Source of the DNA: Podarcis pityusensis
Taxonomy: Eukaryota
Assembly (NCBI GenBank): GCA_964106645.2
Contig: OZ067040.1
Length of the DNA: 64,000 nt
Direction: 5' to 3' (one strand)
The position numbers and the translations under genes are program-made. Positions within the stretch are counted from its first letter, which is position 1; each line of letters starts with the position of its first letter. Positions 38,546 to 50,086 of this stretch are shown piece by piece. The notes beneath the pieces were generated by a model, which saw nothing but the letters and a program-made list of their open reading frames with translations, was not told the DNA's origin and made no database searches.

Positions 38546-39101
38546 TGGTGCCTCGCAAGACGAAAAGAATCCGTTCCGCGAGTCTCTTCGTCTTGCGGGT
38601 TTTTTCGTCTTGCGAAGCAAGCCCATTAGAGGTTTAGCGCTTAGCGCTACAGTATTAGCGGCTTAGCCGGCTTAAAGATCAGCTGATAAGCGGCTTAAGG
38701 ATCAGCTGATAAGCGGCTTAGCATCAGCTGTTAAGCGGCTTAAAGACCAGCTGATAAGCGGCTTAGCATCAGCTGTTAAGCGGCTTAAAGATCAGCTGAT
38801 AAGCGGCTTAGCCATCAGCTGTTAAGCGGCTTAAAGATCAGCTGATAAGCGGCTTAGCACCAGCTGTTAAGCGGCTTAAAGATCAGCTGATAAGCGGCTT
38901 AGCCATCAGCTGATAAGCGGTTTAGCGGCTTGGGAAAAAGGGGGGGAAAGGAAAAAAACCCCGCAGGAACTCGCAAGACATTTTCGTCTTGCGAAGCAAG
39001 CACATAGGAAATTCGTTTTGCGAAGCACCTCCAAAACGGAAAACCCTTTCGTCTAGCGGGTTTTCCGTCTTGCGAGGCATTCGTCTTGCGGGGCACCACT
39101 G
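38543..39101 (-). mobile_element. 559-bp Tigger-like element (element B), same ends as element A, minisatellite core, flanked by (TA)n
   Basis: TIRs CAGTGGTGCCTCGCAAGACGAA / TTCGTCTTGCGGGGCACCACTG; (TA)n at 38498-38542 and 39102-39119. Confidence 0.9.
38670..38930. repeat. 22-23-bp minisatellite, 11 units of CAGCTG(A/T)TAAGCGGCTTA plus a 4-5-nt linker
   Basis: Counted directly; alternating ~45-bp higher-order dimer. Confidence 0.92.
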
Positions 39102-39247
39102 TATATATATATATATATAGCCTTTATGCAAAAAAGGTTGGGAAAGGTAGTATGGGTGTGAGGTTCTCTTTTTTTACAGTTTTAGTTGTGTTTTTATATA
39201 TTGCAAGCTGCCCTGGGACATTCTATTAAATGTTGGGTAAGAAATAC

Positions 39248-39284
39248 TGTTGTTGATGATGATGATGATGATGATGATAGTAAC

Positions 39285-39319
<35 letters not shown>

Positions 39320-39325
39320 TAGTAG
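39248..39325. repeat. Compound (GTT)(GAT)n(AGT)n microsatellite
   Basis: Direct reading. Confidence 0.85.
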
Positions 39326-40244
39326 AGTAGGAAGAGGTTTACAAGCCAGCATCAGATGTCCATGACTGGGCTTAGGAATCAAATTAGAAAAGAGAATGCA
39401 ATGAGACTGGATGAATTAAATGCCTTAGAGTTAATAGTTTGATTGCAATGTTGATCCCAGAAAATTAGAGGTCCAAAAAAAGCATTTTGATATATATGAT
39501 TGGATCAGCTTCTGTGGGTGAATGAGACTGCAAGAGCTGAAGGTTAACAAACATCTTGCACAAGCAAATAGAAAGGTAGACCAGAAGCACACTAGACATT
39601 TTGCTTGCGGGGTTTCCTTAATTTCATTTTGACGTAGTTCTATTCCTATTTACGTAGCTTGAATTGCCATTTTGAGAGTTCGACCATGGCTCCAGAGCGT
39701 GACTAAGAATGGGATGACAAACCTTCTGAGGCGTGTCAGTAATGACACATCCAGCCGTTATCTGAGTTCCCACAGTAGCCATCTCACGAACCTGTTTCAT
39801 TGCAGTTAGAATGCAATCACCATGAGCAATTAAACAAACAGTCCAATATGAATAAAAGAATTTGTGACCATCAGCCCTAATTCTTCACTCTCTGCAAAAC
39901 AGGCCTCTGACATGTGCAGACAGTTCAGCCATAGCTGGTCAAAAGGCACCAAATCACTGGTTCAGTCTCCCGCAATCTGGCTAAAGCTGGTATTATTCAT
40001 GAGGCATATGCTGGGTACAGCTTGGTGTGTCCATTGGCTTTTATGGGTCTTCAGCACAACTAACTCTAGCTAGCTCAGGTCCCAGTTGCTTACCCTTCTA
40101 CTCCTGCTGCTTCTTTTAAAGATGCCGCATACACAGGTGGCAGAAAGTTGTGGCCAAGGAGAAGCCAGTCACAAACATGGGGAAAGGGTGGAGAGGCAAG
40201 AGGACCTGTGCCCTGTAATGGGACATGTGCAGTGCATCAACATA

Positions 40245-40640
40245 CTAAACAGAAGAAGGCTCTGCTGCATCAGCCCAATGGCCCATCTAGCCTAGCATCC
40301 TGCTTTCCCAGTGGCCACCCAGACGCTTGTGGAAAACTTGCAAGCAGGACCCAAGCACAAGAGCACTCTCTCCTCCAGTGGCTTCCAGCAACTGGTATTC
40401 AGAAGCATTGCTGCCTCTGATCACCTGTGTCCTCAGTATCTGGAGAAGTGCAAACCTTGCATGGCTCTTTAAAACTTGTTTGTAGAGTAGGATCGAGACC
40501 TGAATAACAAGGAATTGGCTTCACATGTTTTGACAGTGATCCGGGCCACAACTGCCACGTTTTGGATATCGGAAGCTTCATTTTCAGTTCCTTTTCTGAT
40601 GATCCCTAGCATGCAATCTGCTTTTTTGCCATAGCTGGGT
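40245..40640 (-). mobile_element. CR1 LINE remnant (3' UTR plus ORF2 fragment)
   Basis: Minus strand of 40565-40640 reads AMAKKADCMLGIIRKGTENEASDI (CR1 KKANSMLGIIRKGIEN-type motif); the 3' UTR part matches 26530-26688. Confidence 0.7.
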
Positions 40641-43600
40641 TCCTTGTTATATCTTGAAAGGAGAGCTGGTGCTATGCAGTGTCATGGGTAGAGGGCGAGT
40701 TTTCCCCCTCAACACAACAGTGCTCCCAACTGCATTACTTTGCTTTACCTCATAAAAAAATGAAAAGCACCTCTAATAAATGTGCAATGCTATCCGTAGG
40801 CATCACAATTGTTCATGGCCAAATAACAAGTTTAAGGCGCGTTGTAACTGGCAGAGCAGCAATGTGATCATCTGATTGCTCTGTTGTCTAGCCAGATCAA
40901 TTTTCAATGTGTGTGAGGAGGCAAGTTTCCACTCCTTCACTGCAGGCTGAAAATTAATCTGGCGCCATGAGATGACCACTCTGCTGCATAGCCAGCTGCA
41001 AGGCACTTTGGATTCAACATGCTGCCCGTACTGCTGCTCAGCCATGAAAATTGGCCTACATACCCACATCAGATATAGTGAAGTAACAAAGCACTTTTTC
41101 ATAGTCTCTGATCATGTTAGGAACCTGCTTGCTCTTTGCATACTGCACATTTCATACAGCTCCTCCTCTTATTAACCTGGGGTTTGTTGCTCCTTTCATT
41201 CATCACATCATGGTAATTAGTGTTTTCCATTTTGAACAGTGATCCTGCCTCAGAGCAATCTGGCCACTAATGTGGCACAATTAGTCTCTCGTTCTGTTGG
41301 ACCAATTACAGATGCTAATGTTACAATTTGACAATGTTTATGTTCTAATTAAGAGTATGGCAGCATAGAAGGCATACCCAGCCTAGCCAAACCCTTGATC
41401 CTTTGTTTGGCATTCACACCTTACTCGCAGTTATTTCTATATGCTCCTGGCACTGTATTCGGGAAATAAAAATAGATGGGTCACTGCCTGGCTTGTTTTC
41501 AAGCAAATTCATCTCCTCGAGTCCTCAGTAGCCAATGTGATCTTGTGAGGTCGACTTACTGGCCAAGGACTGAGTACACTAGGGATATCAGCAGGACAGA
41601 GACTCTAAGTAACTTAATTTAATCCATTTTTAATGCAGAAACTCTCCAGTCGCAGTACCAAAGCACTAAGAAATCACTCTGCAGCAAGTCACTCCATCAT
41701 AAAAGGTTTTGACCACCGTAGGAAAAACAAAAAAAGAAACAATAACCACATCAGGTCTCAAAATAAATGAAACTGCTATATTTACTTGAATGTAATGCAT
41801 ACCTCTTTTTTTGCCAAATTATGTTGTGAAAATTAGGGTGTGCATTAGATTTGATGGTGCATTAGATTTGCATAAATACAATATCTGTGGGCAAAAATTG
41901 TGATTTTGATACATACATCCATAGTCAGATAATGTCCTTGGTGATTAGAGAATAAGACTTGTGTGAGATCTTATTCTTATATAATATGACAATTTATTCC
42001 CACCCCTCTCCTCTCTCCACATGCTCCCCATAGAGTTCCCCAGCTCTCTGGAGCAGATGCTGAGGGCGTGTAGGAACTGCAGAGGAGGGGAGAAGAGGGG
42101 GAAGGTCCATTGTGCAAGCAGAAATATGTTGTGCATATAGAATGGCAGTGTTGGATACAACCCTATGTTTCTAACTGAGTGTGCATCTGAGAACACTCTC
42201 CAGAATCCATCACATGGTTCTGTGGTATACGGTTAGTAGGCATGTCAATTAGAAAGTGTACACAATTTGGTCTGTATACACATTTCTCAGCAGATGTGTG
42301 CTGCCAGTGTCGACTGTACAGGTCTTATTTTAGATAGAAATTTGTTGTGGGGGGAGAGAATCTAGGCTTTCTTCCCCTACCCTTCTCCTACCCACCTCCA
42401 AACAGGTCAGACTCAGAGCTAACTACACTGACCATATATCTGGCAAGTAGACATACAAAGGACCTTGTGTGCAGCCATACTTGGGCAGCTGTCTTTTCAT
42501 TGGGTGGATACAATACTTTTTGAACCATGTCTAGTCTGTGAATAAAAGTGACAAATCTCATGATGTTTCTAGGAAGCTCCATGAACCCTATATTTCTCCT
42601 ACATTCTTGGGTATTTGTTTGGCAGTAATGTGGCCATGATGTGTATTCCTCCAGAACCATTCCACAGTTAGATTATTGTCGGTTTTTTGCTGGACCTTCA
42701 GTTTCATTTTCATTAACCCTCCCTCCCTTACAGAGAGGAGTTGTCTGTGTAGCCACCTCTCCTCTGTTGTTACAGAGACACATTCCTCAGCAGCATTAGC
42801 TGTGCACCATCACACCTACTTGAAAAATCAGCCAAAACACTAGAAAGTAATATGGAAGAAATTGGTTCTCCTTCTTCAGCTCATCAAATGCTATGTTTGT
42901 GGCCAGCTTTAAGAGCCCTGAATCAGCTATCAAATGCAGACTGACTAACCGTAGTAAACCTCTCTTCCTACGTGATTAAATATCTCTTGCTAAAATAGAC
43001 AGGTAAGCTTTTGTGTTGTGACACCTGCTGATTGCAATGACTGCTTCTGCTTGTTCACCACTGGAATCCATCAATAGTGAGGACTAAAGTCTCCTGGCTG
43101 TTAATTTTAATACAGATAGAAGAGGGTCACAGGCTTGGAAAATCAAGATGGAACATCAGCATATATTGCTGGTAACAGTTGCTTATTTTCTTGCCTGAAT
43201 TAGCTGAGCAAGATTCTCAGACTTGGCTGTGGCCAATTAAACTTCTTTGCCTGTGGCCTGATGCTCACAAACGCTAACCTTGAAGCTCAGTGATTTCAGT
43301 GGCAGCTTGGAGTTCCCATTATCCCTGTGAATGAGTGCATCTTTAAATCTGTATTCCTTAAAGTGTTGTACTTAAGTAGAAAGAGCTTGATTTTCTCCCC
43401 TCCCACATATAGAGTGTGGACACCTTCATTACCATTTCCTTAATTCCATGAGTGCCTAGATGCTTGATGCCTTTACAGATCACATTATTCTTTTCATGGC
43501 ATCACAAAATCATTGGACTGTGAGGCAGTTTAAGAATATGTGGTTCATTCCTGTCTTAATGCAGTAGCTTTCATATCCAACATTCAGCATAGATTCATCT

Positions 43601-44674
43601 CTACCATCCAGACTATGGGAGAAACCTGGGTCCACCACACCAAGATAATGAATTTTAGCCAAAACACATTCAACTGCTATGGTCTGCTTCACCAGCTCCT
43701 TAGGGAAAAGTGGCCTCTTGGTAGCTTATCCAGCCAGGTGTCTTATTACATCTTTATTATGAAGCATTCCTAAGCCTATACCACTCAACTATTGCTCATC
43801 TTCACTGTTGTTGTTGTTGCTGCTGCTGTTGTTGCTGTTGTTGCAGTTGTTGTTGTTTATATGCTGCCCATATGACTGGGTTGCCCCAGCCACTCTGGGA
43901 GGCTCCCAACAAAGTATTAAAAGCACAATAAAACATCAACCATTAAAAACTCTGCTCAGTGAACTTTGGCCATCCCTGCCTCACTGCCCTGTCTTATCAT
44001 TGACTAATTTTCTATATTACACTACTATCTGTGGTCCTTTCACTTCCACCTAGACTGACAAGCCCACTCCTGTGTAACATACAGAATATGGGAACAAGCA
44101 ACGGTAGCTATTAATTTTAGACAACAGGCTTGCAAATAGACTGCAAAAATATAATAAGAGCCCTGCTGGATTTGACCAAAGTCATTTCTATTCCAGCATC
44201 CTGTTATTCATAGCGACCAACTGGATGCCTATGGGAAGTTCTGGATTCTCTCTAGATATGCTAACCAGAAACAAACAGAAACACACAATTTCTCAAGTAC
44301 CACATGCAAATTGACACTTATGAATAAAGCATGAATGCATTGTTAACTGCTTTTCCCTTCCAAATACTCATGAGCACAGACCCCAACTGCTGCCCATCAC
44401 ATTTGCTTAAAGAGGAAAGTGGAGACATGCATACAGAATTCACACGCCACATCATTCACACATATATACCGGAATACAAAACGTTGTGTGGGAATCAGTC
44501 CTGAACCCTCATAAAAAATGGAATGTGGAGGACATATGTTGAATGGAGCTATACATAATTTGGCTTGTGTAATGTATTCACCATGTGCCACACTGACAAC
44601 TCAGCTCTTGTTTGCCAAGTTATTGCCATTGCCCAACTTACAATTGGTTCCTCTGCAATGAATGACAAGCAGTA

Positions 44675-44904
44675 CAGTGGTACCTCAGGTTAAGAACTTA
44701 ATTCATTCTGGAGGTCTGTTCTTAACCTGAAACTGTTCTTAACCTGAAGCACCACTTTAGCTAATGGGCCTCCCGCTGCTGCCGCACGATTTCTATTCTC
44801 ATCCTGAAGCAAAGTTCTTAACCTGAGGTACTATTTCTGGGTTAGCGGAGTCTGTAACCTGAAGCGTCTGTAACCTGAAGTGTATGTAATCTGAGGTACC
44901 ACTG
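44675..44904 (-). mobile_element. Tigger-like MITE, family 2
   Basis: CAGTGGTACCTCAG / CTGAGGTACCACTG TIRs, TA TSDs, repeated TAACCTGA motifs. Confidence 0.9.
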
Positions 44905-45489
44905 TATGTCAGTTGTGAGGATGGAATGAAGCAACCATACATCATCTGCCAAGCAGCCTGGATCAGTTCAATTCTCTGCACCCCTGCCTGGAATTAGGCT
45001 TCATTAAACGCAATGGGTCTCACTTGTAAACAAACATGCATAAGATTGCATTGTACGACATGTTCTCCAGCCTTCAAGCTCCTAAGTCTCATGGGTTTGC
45101 ATATTTTACAGTGCATTATAAACTATGCATGGTTCGTGTTTCGTTTGTACCATGAAATTTCATGGTTACCAAGGTCATTTTAGATGATGGAACTCATTCT
45201 AATCCAAGTTCCCAACTATTGTGGAATAATAATAATCAATGCCACTTCACAGGATACTGAGAGGGGGAAAAGCATGTGAAGACCATTTCTCACAGGTACT
45301 GTATTCAGCAGCCTTTTGAAAGCATGTGCTTGGGGTGTCACAATGAAGGATTCCTATGTGTGGCGATGCATAGTCGCCACAGGCTTAGCCACAGGAAAAG
45401 TGTGTTAGTTCCTAGTTCATGATAATATATGCCCATTGAGCATTCTTCTGTCCACCACATTTACACCCAACTTCTGTGGATCTCAGAGA

Positions 45490-45675
45490 CATGTCTTTTT
45501 CCTCATTTTATCCTCAAATGAGGATACATACATGCATTTTCCTAGGAGGAAAGTTGCCCTGAGAGACACAACCAACAGCTTGCTCATGATGACCAAAGTG
45601 CTTCATGGCTGAGTGAGGATTTGAATCCAGGTCTCCTTGGTCCAAGTCCAACATAATCTCCATCATATCATGCAG
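45490..45675 (-). mobile_element. Degenerate Ther1/MIR-type SINE
   Basis: CCTCATTTTATCCTCA ... GCTTCATGGCTGAGTGAGGATTTGAATCCAGGTCTCC. Confidence 0.55.
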
Positions 45676-46771
45676 GCGCAGATGAATACTTTCCTCTCAT
45701 TGACTTCCCTTTCATTATCAGTGCCCTTTAGCACCTTCAGCCAGCAATTAATCTTTCAGCGATATGCTGCTACTGACATCTACAGTAACAAATAGATGAG
45801 TGTCCATTATAAACTCTGGCATCACATTACCGTTAATGCAGTCCCATCCACTGCCACATCAGCCCTTGTCTCTCCAGGAAGGCAATTAGGGTTGTTTTTC
45901 CCCGATTAAACAAGCTCTAATGGTTGCAGCCAATGGGCCATCTATTATCATGAATGAGTGCAATTACTATCCCAGTCACAATCAATATTTGCTTACATGA
46001 AGTTAAGAGAGATATTGAAAGCTTACAGTGTGTTTAAATGGCTGTTGACACCAGGACAATGCAGGAGCTCAAGAACGCAGAAGAATGTTACTTTAAACAA
46101 GGATAGCCTCTGACAATATTATTGAAGTCATCCGTGAAATGAACATTGGAAAGCATCGTATCTGGCATGGGGCCCCTCACATTGCACCAAGGGGAGAAGA
46201 GAGTCAGAGAAAAGGAAAGGATTGTCAAGGGAGGAAGTTAATTGACCATTTCTGAAATATCACTAACTTTGGAAATTGGACCACTGCCCTGCTCTCTTCC
46301 CCCATCCTATCTCATTCCCACACAAACTACCACATACACTAAAATAGTTTGATTATTACACATTATCTGGGTTGGGCTCTGATTTGATAATCATTGTGAA
46401 GGGACTGATATCTCAATACTGATATCCTCAACTGTCATCCACAAATATTCCATAGGCATAAGGGAAGTGAATACTGCAGTGGATGATAGATTACATTAAA
46501 CAGATCTCTTATGAGGCAAAATAATCTGGGGGATGTTGGGCGGGATAACCTGTACTAACTCACATAACAGTGTCTCAATCTGGAGTGAACAGTTTGCATG
46601 ACTTTATGCTAAGTCCCCCTCTTGGTAATTTGATTCTATCCCAGATTCTTTGTAGGGCTGCAATAGTGATATTAAATCCACACATTCCATAGACACCTGG
46701 TTGCATGGTCTAGGTAAGTTTGTGACAAAGTTAGTCAGACCAGTATTTGGCAAGATATAAAATTGGAAAGT

Positions 46772-46841
46772 GGAAGATAGGAGTGTCTGGCGTGCTCTGG
46801 TCCATGGGGTCACAAAGAGTCGGACATGACTAAACAACAAC
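46772..46841 (+). mobile_element. 70-bp 5'-truncated RTE-BovB 3' end
   Basis: GGCGTGCTCTGGTCCATGGGGTCACAAAGAGTCGGACATGACTAAACAACAAC; perfect 13-bp TSD AAAATTGGAAAGT (46759-46771, 46842-46854). Confidence 0.88.
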
Positions 46842-49564
46842 AAAATTGGAAAGTCGTCCACTGTGGCTGGCAGGGAACAAATGGAAGTTTTTCTTTTCTT
46901 TGTTAGAGAACCTATTGTGCCACACTTGGAAGGCATCAGAGGCCATAAAAATAGAGGAAAGGAACCTGCAGAAGTGGGTAGGCTAACAAGGATTTGGAAT
47001 TCTGTCAAGAAGTGTGAATGAGAACTGAAAAGCATATAGAACAAGGGAAGCCAACATGGTGCCCTCCAGATATTGGATGTGTCGTCCCAGATATATCTCT
47101 GTATCTTTCACATCTAGAAAGAATCAAGGGCCCATTCTGAGCCACTGGTATTTTTCTGGTCAAATCTGACTCTGGCCAGACATTGCCTTAAGGTCTCACC
47201 CCAATAACCAGATAGTAATCCTGTAACAATGTTGTTTTGTGTTGATGGTGAAGCCTCCAACATGGATTGGCTGAGCTGGTGTACCATATAATTGTTGAGA
47301 ATCAGATAACAATTCTGAGCCTCAGAATATTCAGTTGCTCAGGGAACAAGGCAGCTTGCAGTCCAGAACTTATATGGGATAGGAAAATTGTCTATATGGC
47401 TGGGATTGAAACCTCACATGGGGACATCTGGGGATTAGAAACAGGTCCTGGGAGTTAGGGGAGCTAAGGAAGTCAAGAGAGACAAGGAGACTGAAGAAAG
47501 AGTGCAGTGAGAGAGGAGTCTAAGAGAAACAGTAAGTAAAGGAAGAGGCTTTATTATAGGCAGCTCTGAAGAGGAAGCCTCACAGCACTTGAGGTTAGTA
47601 GGGGCTATATATTTTGATGGGGGTGGGAGGAGTATTGCAGGGATGGGGGCTGGTCAAGAGACAGAGTGGCTAAAGAAATGGGAGGGAAAGGCAGGATCCT
47701 GAAAATCAGGAACTGAGAGAAGCAGTCAGTGGTGGAATAAAACTGAAGAAAGGAGGAAATAGTGAGACCTGGAGGCAGGAGGGCTTTTGTTTGTTTCTTT
47801 CACTAGTGGCATGAATGAAACGAAGATTCCTTGGCCATTGCTGTATGGATCCTGACAGGGGAAGTCTGAAAGTACTGGAAGGGCACTTGTTCCAGTACTG
47901 AAAGTCTCAAAAATACATGATTTTGAAAAGGGATTGATATTGCCAAGACACTTAAAATGGCATAACCTTGGAAATGGATGTACTCAAAACTGATATAACT
48001 GAAACTACACAGATGGTACAGGAAAATTTGATGCTTGGTACCAATGACAAGATCCCCTACAGCCTGGCCAATTCCACCTACAAACATTGACTTTATTTGC
48101 AGCTAACTCTTACTCCAGCTGAAGACAAGGTAGTGCTAGCCATCCACCAAACCTGAGGGCAGGAAGCAAGCTTTGAAGGGACAGGGCAGGGCATGTGGCA
48201 CAAATAAATCTGTCTTCTAGTATCTCGCTGCTGCTCCCATGCATCAGCCGCCTCACTCTACCTAATGATAGGGCCTCCCTGTGAAACCATTATGGTTTTG
48301 AGGGGCTTATGGTCTCAATTTGACCTGAACACACACTATCTACATTGCCTGATTTTAATGGAGAAAATTGCTTGACTTCCACTAAAGAAGTTAATGGAAG
48401 AAAATTATGAATAAATAGCAAGTCACTTTTCAGTGCAAAGCCGGTCAATGGAAGTAAAATGAAATGCCACTCCTGGTGAAACGCAGTGGAAGGAATGCTG
48501 TCACTGGCTAAAAAGAACCTGTATTGCATCCTTATTACTGCTAACTCCTCTGATCATGCTGTTCCCTTGTGTGAATCCAGTGTGCACAACCCACTGAGAA
48601 GTAGATGTTTTTTCGAAAGCCTGAGTAAGTTGGAGGCTTAAGCAAAGTACATTCAGTAGAAATGCAAATTTTGCTGAGAGAAAATCCATAATAATTTACA
48701 GAGCCCAATTAATTCTATTAGCACCTATTAGCTTGATTTTCTTAGGTAGCAATGCATTGTTGTTCCTGTCAATGGTTCAGCTAAATGCACAGTTTGTTTG
48801 AAATATGGTGGGTCACAAGTATTGGTGGATTGCAAGGTGGTCTTACATCCTTAAAAAGAAAGCAACAGAGGCATATTTCACCCTAAAGAGTGAGCATATG
48901 GGCGAAGTGAACATGCAAACACTATAATGCCCCTTTCCACTTCCAAATAAGTCAAGTAGGATGGTAATAAACACACAGAGAGAGTTGTTTTACCCCAAAG
49001 CAGGGCTTTCTGAGACCATGGGGAAACAGCTAAGCAAAGAGATCATAAGTGACTATAGCAAAATCAATATAATATTTTGGAACATTGCCATGTCGTAAGC
49101 CAAGTGCTGCCTTAGCATTTATTCAATCATTCGTCAATAATAAGTCAGGACAAATGAAAACAGAATTTAATCAGGAAAAAAGTGTTGATACATGTTTCAT
49201 CCTAAGTATAGGAAACCTAGAAGAATCTGAAATCATCTGTATTTCTCAAATAATTGTAGCCATTATTATCCCTCCAAAACAGAAATGTTGGGTTTCCTTG
49301 GTTAACTCACAATACGATCTGAATTACTGAATGTACAGTAGTTTGCACCAGCTTTGAGTGTGATACAAGGAAAGCAAGTTAATTACTGTATGTTGCGTAG
49401 GCTACTTGCTGTTGTTCTCTAGGAACTGTCTGAAGAAATCAATAAAGCCCTATTTTCTTTCCTTTTGTTGGACTGTGAGCGATCCTGATAGCATGCATGA
49501 GAGTACAATGAGTGAACAGATTCAGATTTATTGGATCTCTGAGGAACAGTTGAAATAGATTAAA

Positions 49565-49808
49565 TCAGAGGCCGCCTTCTCCGACCTGGTGCCCTCCGTA
49601 TGTTTTAGACTACAACTATCATTCACAGCCAGCAAGGTCAATGCTCAGAAATGATGGGAGTTGTGTAGTTCACAACATCTAGAATAGGGATAGGTAATCT
49701 GTGGCCCTCCAGGTGCTGTTGGCCCATCAGCCCCAGCTAGCATGGCCAATGGTCAGGAATGAAGGGAGTTGTAATCTAACAACATATGGAGGGATACAAG
49801 CTCCCTAG
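49565..49808. mobile_element. Two adjacent degenerate palindromic hAT MITEs (older relatives of 2471; others near 27680-27800 and 56255-56385)
   Basis: CCCTCC..ATGTTTT.GACTACAACT ... GATGGGAGTTGT..ACATCT.GA motifs, twice. Confidence 0.6.
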
Positions 49809-50041
49809 CAGAAGGAGGAATAGCTGGATACTATCCTGGAGTGAATACTTTGAATAATCTTTATAAATATAACTGACAGATGGAGAATTGGAAGCTGTTT
49901 TGATTTATCTCTCATATCATTTATTTTTCATTCTTTTATTATTTTTATCATCCTCTTTCTTTTTCTTCTTTTTCCCTTGCTGATTTGTTTCTTTTGGTGT
50001 CGTCTACTCTGGGTTACTGAGGGGATTGTGTGCACATGAAG

Positions 50042-50086
50042 GGGATGGATGGATGGATGGATGGATGGATGGATGGATGGATGGAT
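50042..50086. repeat. (GGAT)n microsatellite
   Basis: Direct reading. Confidence 0.92.

Noticed and set aside
38670-38930. CRISPR-like array
   Set aside because: Linkers are only 4-5 nt and recur, there are no unique spacers or cas genes, and it lies inside a eukaryotic MITE. It is a minisatellite.
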